A DNA stretch of 63,075 bases, filler included, from Thraustochytrium aureum (taxonomy: Eukaryota): assembly GCA_012862495.1 (NCBI GenBank). It is 5 parts of 5 records of this genome, joined end to end, with 100 filler letters (N's around TTAATTAATTAA, not from the genome) between each part and the next. Parts side by side here need not be neighbours in the genome. Positions count along the whole stretch, not along the records: positions 23,036 to 51,282 come from BLSG01000265.1; positions 51,383 to 57,973 come from BLSG01000266.1; 3 more parts are not named here. The stretch is one strand, 5' to 3'. The position numbers were made by a program, and so were the translations under genes. Shown here piece after piece: positions 42,467 through 53,945 of the stretch (position 1 is its first letter; the number at the start of each line of letters is the position of its first letter). Under the pieces are notes generated by a model. The model was not told where the DNA came from, ran no database searches, and saw nothing but the letters and a program-made list of their open reading frames with translations.

Positions 42467-45400
42467 CGCTTGCCGCCAAGGAGCGTGCGGCGCCCAAGCA
42501 GCGCCCCCGCACTGCCAGCGCTTGACGTCGACGACACAGAGGCGGAACGTGCGAGTCCCGCCGACTGTTGCGATACAGACCGGACAAGCCCAACAGACAA
42601 GTTCGACGAAGCGGTCGAGCCCGATCGCGCAGAGCTGGAACGCTCCAACGAGCCTTGCCGGGCGGCTTGGGCGGCGGCCGGCACACTCGTCGAGCGGCGA
42701 ATGGAGCGAAGCAGGTCGTTGCGTTGCTTGCGGCGCTCTGCATCGCCGTCGTCAAGCAAGGCATCAATGGTGACCTTGCGCGCGGCCACTGCCGACCGGT
42801 CGTTCATCTTGCGGCGCCGGCGCTCGATCATCGACATGCGGAGAAAGTGAGCCTGCTGCTCGGCCTCGGCATCGACGTCTTCAACGGTCTCGCCCTTGCC
42901 TTCAACAGCCACCGCAATGGCACGGCGCTCCTCGTCGCGAGCACGGTAGCGCTCCTCCATGGCAAGCTCGTCCTCCTCGTCGGTATCCTCTTCGTCGGAG
43001 GCTTCACCAAGGGCTCTATCGACACGGTTTGCACCACGCTTGCGCGTCCTCGCAATTTCTTTGAGGAGCGTGTGATTTTCCACGCCGCGTTGCAGAATCT
43101 CGAGCTCTCGCTCTTCTCTTTTGCGCTCTTGCTCTCTGTGGAGACCTCCAACGTCCCCTCCATCTGCGCCTTCGTCGTCGGAGATTTCGTCGACGATGCC
43201 CTCGAGGTCTTCTTGTGTGAGGTGATTTGCAGCCTCGTCAAGGCGTCGGTCCATTTCCTCGCTGGCGGACCGCGTTTTCCGCGTGCGAGCGCGGTCGCCG
43301 TAGTCTTCGACGCCGTCCTCTTCCTCCTCCTCAGAGGCCTCCTCCTCGACGATGTCGCCCTTGTTGGTCTTCCGTAGGCGCATGAGTTTGTTTTCCCGCT
43401 CGAGGACTCTCCTGTACGCGCTCGCTCGCTCAAGTGGGCCTCCAACTCCGGCTTTCGCGTCAGCGATGCTGTCGTTGTCGGCACCGCGGATTTCTTCGTC
43501 GCCGTCCTCGTCAGCGCCACGGTTTTTTGCGTCGTCGTCGTTGTCGTCGTCTTCGTCGTCGTTATCGGCGCCACGTATTTCTTTGTCGCCGTCTTCCTCT
43601 GCGCCACGTATTTCTGTGTCGCCGTCCTCCTCTGCGCCACGGGTTTCTGCGCCGCCGTCGTCCTGGCTCCTGCCTTCCGCTTCGTGGCCAGCGACCTCGA
43701 CACTGCCTGCGCCAGAGGCATCCTGGTCCTCGTCTGGGCGCCTTGTCACGAGCAGGGGGGTCGAGATTTTGAGTGCTTGCAATGCAAGCGTGGCCGGGTT
43801 GGCCACGCCGTCTGCGCTACACGCGGCGCGGGCGCTATACATGCGGGGCGCGCCGCGCCGAGGCGCCGCACCGAGGTCAGTTGCTGTCCTCGACGCATCC
43901 CGCTCTAGTCCGTCACCGCCTTGGTCTGAGACGGCTTGAGCGGCCCTTTCGTCCCCGGTAGCTCGCTTTCCCGCTTGGTCGATGGCGTCGTCCATCTCGT
44001 CGACCTGCCTGTTTGCCTCGCAGGCATCGTTCTCGACTTCCGCGGCAAGCCGGGGCTGCCGTCGAAGCATGCGGTCGGCCTCGAGGGCCTCGCGCTTTTC
44101 TTGAGCGTCCTGCCGGGCCGACTCCTTGCGGACCTGCTCGGCGGCGCTACGGAACCCGCCATGCACAGCTCGTTTCTCCGCGAGCAGCGCTCGTGCCTGG
44201 CTGAAGAGCTGCTGCCGCATCGCGCCGCGCTTGCTCGAGGGAGGCGCCGCAGCCAGCGGTGTGTCAGCAGGCTTGGCCCGCTCGTGAGCCAGAGCTTTGG
44301 CCTTGTGTCGAGCCTCGCGGCGCTCTCTTTTCGCCCGACGCCGCTCGGCCCTCTCCTTGTCCTGCGCCGTGTCGCCATCCGTGCCCAATCGCAGCGGCGA
44401 CAGATGGATCATCATGGCCGCGTGTCCAGGCTGCGGGGAAGAGGGTGCCACAGCCGGAACGACTCGATGTGGTCCGCCTGAGCCTATTGATGCAGTTTTC
44501 ACCAAGGAGGACCTGGACGAGCTGAGGCTGTTGGGCTGCTGCGACGCGCGGCGCCTCTCCCGAAGCTTTGCAAGCAAGCCCTGGGCCTCCTCGGACCGCT
44601 GGCGCTCGATTTTCTCCGCCTCTTGGGCTCGTTTCCTCGCCACCGCTTCAAGCTCGCGCTGTTGGACTTCGTCCTCCTTACGCCGGCGCTCGATGGCCTC
44701 CTCGTCGTCCGAGTCGTCGAGCGCGCCAGCGGGTTCGCTGTCCAGGTCTTCTTCTCGAGTAAGCTTCTCGAGCACCGCAGCTGTTTCCCGGCAGAGGTCG
44801 CTCGACTGCTGCGCCCACCACCTGTTCCCGTACGCGATGGCCGACTCCACGTAGCATCGCGCAAAGCGCGGCACGGGGACGCCCGGCCAGGCAAGATTGC
44901 AGAGCGAGCAGAACCGCTCGCGCACCTCAGCGCTCAGCGCGAACTGGACCGCTCGCGTGGCGTGAGCTTTTCCACTTGCCAGCTCGGAGCGAGCCGCGCT
45001 CAAGAGGCGCTTGTTCACTGCGCCGCTCGGCCCACGCACGGGGAAGTGCCACGTTTTGCGGTCTCGCGCGTTCGTGGCGACAAGAAAAGCCCATACAGGA
45101 AGGTTGCGGAGGTCCTCCTTGTCGAGGGTTTCGTTGGTGCAGGTGCCGAGCTTGGTGGGGTCTGGTGCCCTCGTGTCGGCTTCGTCGGCGTCGCTTGCGT
45201 CATGGTCGAACTTGCTCCGCACCTTTCGAGCAAGCTTGCCGTGCTTTGCCTTTTTGGACCTCTCGCGGGCGGAGCTAGAGCCGTCGCTCATGACGTGCTC
45301 GTCGCCGTCGTCGCTGGACGCCGCACTGGCGTCCTCGCCCTCGTCCTCGCTGCTGGAAAGACCGCTTGTGTTGAAGGACTTGGCTTTTCGGACTCGCGGG

Positions 45401-45813
45401 GCTGCCGTTGCAGCGTCCTCGTCAGAGTCGCGACCGCCGCTATCACCCCCGGCCTCGCTAGACGCGCGCTGCGGCGGCGAGCTGTCCACCTCGTTGCTCC
45501 AGCCGCTATCAACCCCGGCCTTGCTAGACGCGCGCTGCGGCAGCGAGCTGTCCACCTCGCTGCTCCCGTCATCCTCGTCCATTGCCGCTCGTCCTTCCTC
45601 GTCTGGCTGCTGTGCGCCGCCATTTGACGACTTGAGCGCAACAGTTGCAGAAGGGAGTGAGGCGTCTGCGACGCGGCGCGCGGCCGATTGAACCTGCTGC
45701 GCTGGCGCAGCGTCAAGCTCTGCCTCCTCTTCGCTGTTGCTATCATCATCGTGTTCATCATCATCATCATCATCATCAGAATAGACGTGCCCTTTCGTCA
45801 CCGTGGTCGACAT
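42467..45813 (-). CDS. Claspin/Mrc1-like replication-checkpoint mediator (3' end in a gap)
   Basis: Over 1100 aa, acidic and disordered. The C-terminal block IVEEEASEEEEEDGVEDYG...EDLEGIVDE...LHREQERKREERELEILQRGVEN...RKRG resembles the MRC1 domain. Confidence 0.55.
43479..43650 (-). repeat. Coding tandem repeats RGA(E/D)(E/N)DGDxEI
   Basis: Five RGA-containing units of about 33 bp within the Claspin-like ORF. Confidence 0.7.
45438..45565 (-). repeat. 63-bp in-frame tandem duplication (SxEVDSSxPQRASSxAGxDSG)x2
   Basis: Two near-identical 21-codon units. Confidence 0.8.
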
Positions 45814-47123
45814 CGCGTCCAACTTCGACCCAGAGCCCAGCACCGCACTCCGAGGCTGCCTTAGATGGGATGGCGCCAGCCGTCTGCCGAGCCCGCTCGC
45901 GCAGCTGCGCACGACGTCCAACCGAGCCGCTGGCAACTTTTGCACGACGAGCGTCACTCGAAGTTGAACGGCGCCGTCACGGCAGCGCGAGCGCGCCCAA
46001 GGCTAGCGAGCGCCACAGCCCAAACTTCCTCAACGAGGCCACTGTCGCGGTCGCCCGAGTCGACTCGCCGCAGGACCTGCGTCACCGAGCGCGCTTGCTG
46101 CTCGATCGGTGTCTGCTCGGTGCCCACTTCCATTTCAAATTGAACCCTAACCCAATGCGCGCCCTCGCGACCTTCGGAACGCCCTGGGCGCATGGGTAGG
46201 CTATACTGGAATCAAAGGTATTATCTCGGTAATTTAAAGATACTCCGTGAGTGATAGTAGCCGGTTTCCCCGTGAAAAATCGTGTTTCTCCGAAATATGA
46301 TGGCAGGCGGCCAACGCTTCCGGCAAATCTCTTCTACATTTAATCCGTGTGGTAACCAAGCACGTTCCGCACAACAAACGGGCGCCCTCCCATGAAGTGA
46401 CAACGCCCCCTCCCACGCGGGTTCCACCGACATAAAACCTCGCACCATATTAATCCCCCGAGAGGACACCTGAAAACAAACGCCCTCCTACCTTCAAGCA
46501 GTTCCTCCGAGAGGCACATCCCCTCCTTCAACAACTCCCGTGAGGGCGGAGGGTTTTGGGCGCACAATTCACTCGCGCCTCGANNNNNNNNNNNNNNNNN
46601 NNNNNNNNNNNNNNNNNNNNNNNNNNNNNNNNNNNNNNNNNNNNNNNNNNNNNNNNNNNNNNNNNNNNNNNNNNNNNNNNNNNNNNNNNNNNNNNNNNNN
46701 NNNNNNNNNNNNNNNNNNNNNNNNNNNNNNNNNNNNNNNNNNNNNNNNNNNNNNNNNNNNNNNNNNNNNNNNNNNNNNNNNNNNNNNNNNNNNNNNNNNN
46801 NNNNNNNNNNNNNNNNNNNNNNNNNNNNNNNNNNNNNNNNNNNNNNNNNNNNNNNGCGGACGCGGTAGCGCACGGCTTGTGCTTGTTTTAAATTGCTGCC
46901 CCGACGTGCGCGACGTCCTCGCTTGGCCGCTGACAACCGTGCGTGCCCTCGCCGTGCTGGCTCGCGAAAGGCGTGCTGGACCGCGCACGGCCACGCAAGG
47001 CAGGAGAGGCCGACCGAACGACGGAAGGGAGGGAGGCAGGGAGGCGCGGGGGAGGCGCGCTTAGGGGGCCGGAGGAGCGAGCAGGCGCTGGGCGACGCGG
47101 AGCGCGCGCCTACGCAAGACACG

Positions 47124-48449
47124 ATGGACAACAGCGCGATGCTCAAACAGGCAACGGCCACCGTGACCGAGGCCATCGAGCTGGATGAGGCCGAGCAGTA
47201 CGAAAAGGCGTACGCCAAGTACCAGAGTGCGCTGGGCCAGTTCATCGTCGCGATGCGGTACGAGAAAAACCCTCGAACCAAGCAGGTGCTGACCTCGCGC
47301 CTTCAAGGATACATGAACCGCGCCGAGCAGCTCAAGGTGGCGATCGACGAGGAGCGGAACAAGCCAAAGGCGGCCGCAGCCGTGGCGGGCGGCGGCGGCG
47401 GCGGCGGCGGATCCGACGCTGAGAAGAGCAAGCTCCGCGGCGCGCTTGCCTCTGCCATCGTGACCGAGAAACCCAACATCAAGTGGGACGACGTTGCTGG
47501 CCTGGAGGGGGCCAAGGAGGCGCTCAAGGAGGCCGTGATCCTGCCCGTCAAGTTCCCGCAGCTCTTCGAAGGCAAGCGCAAGCCATGGAAGGGCATCCTC
47601 CTCTACGGGCCTCCTGGTACCGGCAAGTCGTACCTGGCCAAGGCCGTCGCAACCGAAGCAGACGCCACATTTTACTCGGTGTCCTCCTCCGACTTGGTCT
47701 CCAAGTGGCAGGGCGAGTCGGAGCGCCTCGTGCGCAGCCTCTTCGAGATGGCGCGCGAGAACAAGCCAGCCATCATCTTCATTGATGAGATCGATTCTTT
47801 GTGCGGGGCCCGCGGCGAGGGGGAGAACGAGTCCTCGCGCCGCATCAAGACGGAGTTCCTCGTCCAGATGCAGGGCGTGTCTACGGACGACCGCGGCCTC
47901 CTCGTGCTCGGTGCAACCAACACGCCCTGGAGCCTGGACGCCGCCGTGCGCCGCCGCCTCGAGAAGCGCATTTACATTCCGTTGCCGGACCGCACTGCTC
48001 GGCAGCGCCTCTTCGAGCTCAACATCGGCGACACGCCGAACGACCTCACCAAGAAAGACTTTAAGCGCCTCGCGGAGGCGGCAGAGGGGTTTTCTGGCTC
48101 GGATATATCGGTCGTCGTGCGCGACGCGCTCATGCGTCCGCTGCGCCTCTGCCAGCACGCCAAGCAGTTTGTGCCGGACCAGGACGGCATGCTCTCCCCC
48201 TGTGTGACCTACCCGAACTGCTCGCGCTGCCCGGTCAACAGGTCGAGCGAGTCTAGCAAGGGCAAGGAGTGCTCCAAGTGCGGCGCTATTACCATGTCGC
48301 TCTACGACGTCGACCCGGAGAAGCTCAAGGTCCCCGTTTCCAAGGCGGAGGACTTTTTCATGGCAGTTGAGAACGGCACCTCCTCGGTCTCCCCGGACGA
48401 GCTGGGCGAGTTTGAGGCGTGGACTGCCGAGTTCGGCCAGGAGGGCTAG
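47124..48449 (+). CDS. VPS4: Vps4 AAA+ ATPase (ESCRT-III disassembly)
   Basis: MIT domain, EKPNIKWDDVAGLEGAKEALKEAVILP, Walker A GPPGTGKS, Walker B IIFIDEID and C-terminal TAEFGQEG. Confidence 0.97.
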   Translation: MDNSAMLKQATATVTEAIELDEAEQYEKAYAKYQSALGQFIVAMRYEKNPRTKQVLTSRLQGYMNRAEQLKVAIDEERNKPKAAAAVAGGGGGGGGSDAEKSKLRGALASAIVTEKPNIKWDDVAGLEGAKEALKEAVILPVKFPQLFEGKRKPWKGILLYGPPGTGKSYLAKAVATEADATFYSVSSSDLVSKWQGESERLVRSLFEMARENKPAIIFIDEIDSLCGARGEGENESSRRIKTEFLVQMQGVSTDDRGLLVLGATNTPWSLDAAVRRRLEKRIYIPLPDRTARQRLFELNIGDTPNDLTKKDFKRLAEAAEGFSGSDISVVVRDALMRPLRLCQHAKQFVPDQDGMLSPCVTYPNCSRCPVNRSSESSKGKECSKCGAITMSLYDVDPEKLKVPVSKAEDFFMAVENGTSSVSPDELGEFEAWTAEFGQEG

Positions 48450-49339
48450 CGAGCGGCACCTCTCGATCGGCACTGTTCCGCCGTCCCTCGCCTGCTGCTC
48501 GCGCGCCCTGCCGCGCGCTGTGCACTTCCTCCGGCAGCAGCGCCCATCCTTTCCACCACCCAGACAGAACACTACTACAAACACAAAATTGGCCGGCCCT
48601 ATTCGCCTCAACTCCAATCATTCACCGGCGCAAGCAGCGGGCCCCAATCGCGCGCTGCCTGCCTCGACGGCTCGGCCTTCGTTTGCCACGCGCCTCGCCC
48701 TCGCGCAGCATGATCAGAGGGCCGCCTCCCTCCCTCGCCGTGGTGGTCGGTCAGCCCAGCACCACGTTCGCGCTTCGCGGTCCGCAACACCGAGGTGCAA
48801 GCACGCGGGGTGCATACCAAGCGCATGCGGGCTGGGTGCATGGACGCGTGCGGGGTGGGTGGAAGCACGCGGGATGGAAGCACATGCGGCGTGCGGGGAT
48901 GGAAGGCAGGCACGGGGGCACGGGGGAAAAAATGATGCAAACCGCTAACGAACGCGCAGTGTTCGTGCACGGGCGGTCCCTTTTGTTTGGTTTTGTTTGA
49001 TTTTTTGTCGGGCAGTTGGCCACGAGCGCCAGCAGTCACGGCCACGAGCGCCAGCAGACACGGCCACGAGCAGCAGCAGCAGCAGGAGCAGCAGGAGCAG
49101 CAGCAGGAGCTCAAGGNNNNNNNNNNNNNNNNNNNNNNNNNNNNNNNNNNNNNNNNNNNNNNNNNNNNNNNNNNNNNNNNNNNNNNNNNNNNNNNNNNNN
49201 NNNNNNNNNNNNNNNNNNNNNNNNNNNNNNNNNNNNNNNNNNNNNNNNNNNNNNNNNNNNNNNNNNNNNNNNNNNNNNNNNNNNNNNNNCCTCGTCGTTT
49301 TGGTTTGGAGTGGCACGTGCGCTGGGCCTGGCTGAGACG

Positions 49340-51282
49340 ATGACCGACGACAATGTCGCCGAAAGGCTGCTGAAGCGACGCCAAGGCACGGGCCGCGTCG
49401 TGACGGTGAGTGGTTGCGGGGCAGCTGGCAGCGAGGTGCGGCCGGAGGTGCGGCTGGCTGACGGAGTGAGCGAACGCGCGAATGAAGAAACGCGAGTGGC
49501 GCGTGCCGGAGGCGCTCCCGCGCGGAAAGCGCACCGGGTTTCGGGCGAACGAGAACGCGCCGCGAGACTCTCACGGGCTCGAGGACCTGTCTGCCTACTT
49601 TGGCAGCGCTGATAAGCAGCAGGCTAGGCCGACAAGGGGGGGGCACCTCGCGCCCCGCCGCTGCGCGAGCGGGACGTAAATGCCTCGCCTGCGAGCATCG
49701 GTGTTGCGAGCGACGCTCTGGACACGCATGCAGAGACAGCAGAGCCCGGGCAGGAAGAAGCTACGCAGCTCGCTGTTGCAGAGGATCCTGCGGCCGTTGT
49801 GCGCGCCGCCTGGGCCAAGCGCACGTCGATTGGAAGCGTCGCGAGGCCTGCTGCCTTTTCGCGCCAAGACCAAGCGCGGCCAGCCCAGACCGGTCTCTTC
49901 CGCCCTCGTCCCAGCGGCGCAGTCAACGCAGCGCGTCTAGCCCGGTTTGCGGATTTGGACTCGGCCTCCCCGATCTTTGTCCCGCGCCGCGCCTACAAGC
50001 CGACGCAAACCAGAACTAACCTGCGGACTGAAGAAGAACCCGAAAGCAGCCATGACCACGTTGAGGGCGTTGGCCGGCGCGATGAAAGCGGGTCGGCTGG
50101 CGTAGAGCGCCAAAATACCCCACCTGCTCGAGCTGCAAGCGCTGACGCTGGCCCGCTCCGGTCGATAATGAAGCATGCGTCCGGAAGCACTAGTCGGTTG
50201 CGTTCACAGCGGCGAGTCACCATCAAGAGCGCGTCGCCGACGGACTCGCCTGGAAGCCGCCGCGTCAGCGGAGAAGCCGGCGACCTTGGCGAAGAGGAGT
50301 CCTTGCTATCTCCGCAGTCTGTTTCGATCGGCGCTGGCTCAGGCTCGCAGCGAAACCCGACCTCTGCGTCGCCCTTTGGGCCGCCATCGCCGGCGGTGCT
50401 CTCGCAAAGCGGGCGAGCCAGAGCACAGGATGTCGTTGCGCAACTCTCTCAATCAGATGATCGTTCCGAGGATGGTCGCCTCGGCGACGCTGGCTCTCCG
50501 ATGAGCGGCGCCGCGCTGCTGGGCTTGGGGTCGCCCGGCTCTGCGAGTCTTCGCAGCGGTCCCGCGAGCGAACCGCGCAGCTTTCTGGCGGGTAGCGCTG
50601 CTTCGCCAACGCCGAGCGACCAAGAGGACCTGCTCTCCGTGCGCGGCTCGGTCTCGACGACGTCGCCAATAGCGCCGCCGTCCGCAACTGTAGCCACTTC
50701 GGCCGCGGCCCGGCGCGAGGCCCTGCGGAATCGGCTCCGCGCCAAGCGCGATGCTGAGACATTGCAGGGCACACCGCGGACCGACGACAAGCGGCGGAGG
50801 CGCGTTCGGCGAAGGCGACACTCTTCGCTCGCATCTGACTCGTCCTCCTCTGCCTCCGAGTACGAAGACGCTGAGGAGGACGATGAAGACGACGAGGGCG
50901 ACTCTTACGTGTCCGCGCGTGGCGAGAGCGAAGTCGAAGACCAGGACGAGTACAGCGTTGGCGATGACGACGGGGAGAACAACAGCGGCGACGAAGACCG
51001 CATGCTGCGCCGCGCTCGCCGGCGACGCGAGCGCGCGGACGGTTACAACGTTCGACCACTCCCGAGAGAGAGCGGTGCGCGCTCAAAACGTCGCCGCTAC
51101 CCGCCGCTGCGGCGCTGGGAAGGAGAACGAATCGTGTACGAGCGACGCATGATCAACGGCAACCTGGTGGACACGCCTGTCGTCGCCGGCAAGCCCGAGT
51201 TCATGGTGACGCCCGAGCCGCTCTTGCCGCGAAGCTACAGGGCAGCAGCGAGACCGCACCTCTCGCAAGATGGGGACGGCGG
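49340..51282 (+). CDS. CENPC: Centromere protein CENP-C/Mif2 (at least two probable introns; 3' end cut by the linker)
   Basis: CENP-C motif RSKRRRYPPLRRWEGERIVY and Mif2_N-like GKRTG...RDSHGLEDLSAYF. First intron is probably 49406-49487 (GTGAGT..CTGAC..AG). Confidence 0.8.
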
Positions 51283-51382
51283 NNNNNNNNNNNNNNNNNN
51301 NNNNNNNNNNNNNNNNNNNNNNNNNNTTAATTAATTAANNNNNNNNNNNNNNNNNNNNNNNNNNNNNNNNNNNNNNNNNNNN
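51283..51382. other. Artificial contig-joining linker
   Basis: N44-TTAATTAATTAA-N44. Confidence 0.95.
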
Positions 51383-52320
51383 CTTTGAGCCGTACAAGGA
51401 GATCTCCTCAGCTGCGCAGGACGATGCTGCGTATATCGTGGCGGTGGCCGCGGCGCGCGGCAGCTCGGGGTGGCCGGGAGGCCGAGGCCGAGGTGCACAG
51501 CGCGGTTTCGGAAGCTGTTGGGATATGCAAGGACAAGGACACGGTCACGCTCGGTGGCTTGGTCAGGTCGAGCGACCAAATGAAGCGCCTCGAAGCGCTG
51601 GTGGTCAAGCACCCAGCGGTCGCTGCGGGCACGCTGCGCTTTGCCCGCGCGCTGTTTCTGTCCCAGCGCTTCCTGATGGACAGCTGCTTTTCGCTGGGCG
51701 TTCGCTCCCTTCTACATCTTATTAGGTGTTCGATGAAGTCGCATCCGCTGCAGCGCGTGATGGTGTTTTTCACCATCAGCGGCGCTCTGCGCATCAAACC
51801 GCCTCACATTGCGCCGCTCAAACTCCTCGAGCTCAAGCAAAGCATGCTCGACGAGCTCCTCGCGCTCATGGAAAAAGGCTTTGTCTTCCAAGTCCTCGAG
51901 TATATGCGCAAGCAGGCGACCTCGGGCCAGATGGATCAAGCCCTGCTCCGCTACTTTTTGAAAAACCTGGCCAGAATTGCAGGTGGCGCTCTGTCGCCGG
52001 AGTTCGCCAAGGCCTCTCTGCAGCTGATCAACTCGGAGAATTGCGTGCGCGCGGTGCGGTCCGCGCAATCCAGAGAGATAACCTCTACGATCAACGAGTT
52101 CAAGCTGCGCTGTTCGGCTGCGGTTTCAGCGGCTCCTGTGGCGCCTGCGGAGCCGCGCGTGACAGGCGAGCCTGGTGCACGCGATGCGACGCCGACCGGC
52201 CAGTGGGACACGCTAGTTGGGTCGAATAGAAACCGAACCCCGCTCGGCGTCGGTCCTCCTGGGGCGGCCACGTCGCGCCGCGAGACCATCCGTTTGGTCC
52301 CGTTCAGGCAGCAACGGTGA
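51383..52320 (+). CDS. NELFCD: Negative elongation factor C/D (TH1-like), C-terminal part
   Basis: KHPAVAAGTL, HPLQ and LELKQSMLDELLALMEKGFVFQVLEYM...MDQALLRYFL...SPEF parallel recalled human TH1L (LELKKTLLDRMVHLLSRGYVLPVVSYI...DISLIRYFV). Confidence 0.78.
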
Positions 52321-52752
52321 GTGACGGGCAAGCACTCGCAAGATGCACTGCCCGAAGAGCGCGTCCGTTCGGAGCAAGCGTTCTCGCGAATCAAACAACA
52401 AAATTCTATCGATAGAAAGGTCTCGTTCTCTCGTTGTCTGATGCCCCGTTTCAGGTTGTCCGCAACTCTTTTGGTCAATCAATGTTTGAAGAAGAAACAC
52501 GACGGGTCATTCTGCGCGCAGCGACGTCGCGTCTGATTGCGGTTGCCGCGCGCATGCAAGTGCCAGCGACACGACGAGCGAAACGGCCAGTGAACGGTCC
52601 TCCGCGGCCACCGCCAACACAACCTCTCTAAAAGAGAGTCTCTCTCGAGTTAAGAGTCCCCCTTCTCCGTGGTTTCAACCACCATGGATCCCCTCAAGCT
52701 CGAGATTTTTGGCAGAGCAACGAGCGACGAACGCCACAAAGATCATGCTGGT

Positions 52753-53311
52753 CTACCATGCGTCAGAGCCCTCCTCTTCTTCCTCCTCCTCGTCCTCTTC
52801 CTCCTCTTCGTCCTCGCCACCGTCGTTGATGCCAAGCTCTCGCGTAGTATCGGCGAGCGCCTGGAAGAGGAGGTTGCTGCCTCGGGCCTGGCTGGCAGAG
52901 CCTGTCGAGTCTTCCAGCTCGTCCTCCTCCGCGTCGCCATCCATTTCGTCGTCGTCCATCTCGTCGTCGAGCTCCCCCTCCTCGTCCTCGTCCTCTTCCT
53001 CCTCCTCCTCGTCGTCGTCGTCCTCGTCGTCGTCGTCCACTTCGTCCTCGGCGCCGACGAACTCGTCCTCCTCCTCCTCGTCCTTGCCAGCACGGATCCC
53101 GATGGGCGGCGGGCCTTTTGCTTGCGAATCCTCACGAGGGCGAGCTCGAACGCGCGCTCCTCCTGCGTTCGCGCGCCGCGGCGTCAGCGTCGCGGAGTGG
53201 CGGGCTGGCCTGGGGGCGAGCTGCGCCGACGACTTACCGCCACGAGGGCCGCCTCGTCTTCCATCCCGAGCACAGGGCACCACACGGGCTCAATCGTCGC
53301 AGGGAGCAACG
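52753..53311 (-). CDS. Protein with a very acidic C-terminus (5' part in a gap); unknown family
   Basis: Open frame with RGG/basic segments, then long Asp/Glu tracts, ending GSDAW*. Confidence 0.55.
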
Positions 53312-53945
53312 NNNNNNNNNNNNNNNNNNNNNNNNNNNNNNNNNNNNNNNNNNNNNNNNNNNNNNNNNNNNNNNNNNNNNNNNNNNNNNNNNNNNNNNNN
53401 NNNNNNNNNNNNNNNNNNNNNNNNNNNNNNNNNNNNNNNNNNNNNNNNNNNNNNNNNNNNNNNNNNNNNNNNNNNNNNNNNNNNNNNNNNNNNNNNNNNN
53501 NNNNNNNNNNNNNNNNNNNNNNNNNNNNNNNNNNNNNNNNNNNNNNNNNNNNNNNNNNNNNNNNNNNNNNNNNNNNNNNNNNNNNNNNNNNNNNNNNNNN
53601 NNNNNNNNNNNNNNNNNNNNNNNNNNNNNNNNNNNNNNNNNNNNNNNNNNNNNNNNNNNNNNNNNNNNNNNNNNNNNNNNNNNNNNNNNNNNNNNNNNNN
53701 NNNNNNNNNNNNNNNNNNNNNNNNNNNNNNNNNNNNNNNNNCGTGCTGGCTGGCTGCCTGCGTGGCCGTCGTGGCCGTCCTGGAGGGCGCTCTGGAGGGC
53801 GCTCTGGAGGTCGTTGGTGTCCAAGCCGTCTCGCTCGACCGCGGCGCTGCCCTACCTCGCGCCTCGCAGGCGCCAACCCGCAAGCGGCCGGGCGGGCTGC
53901 TGCTGCTGCTGCTGCTGCTGCTGCACGGCGATCGCGTCCTCGACG

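Noticed and set aside
47061..48617. Long antisense ORFs over VPS4 and other genes
   Set aside because: These are shadow ORFs expected from GC-rich codon usage, with no recognisable motifs.
21810..51282. Kinetochore/checkpoint gene cluster (MadBub, Claspin, CENP-C)
   Set aside because: MadBub is separated from the others by an artificial linker and about 20 kb of unrelated genes. Claspin and CENP-C act in different processes and have VPS4 between them.
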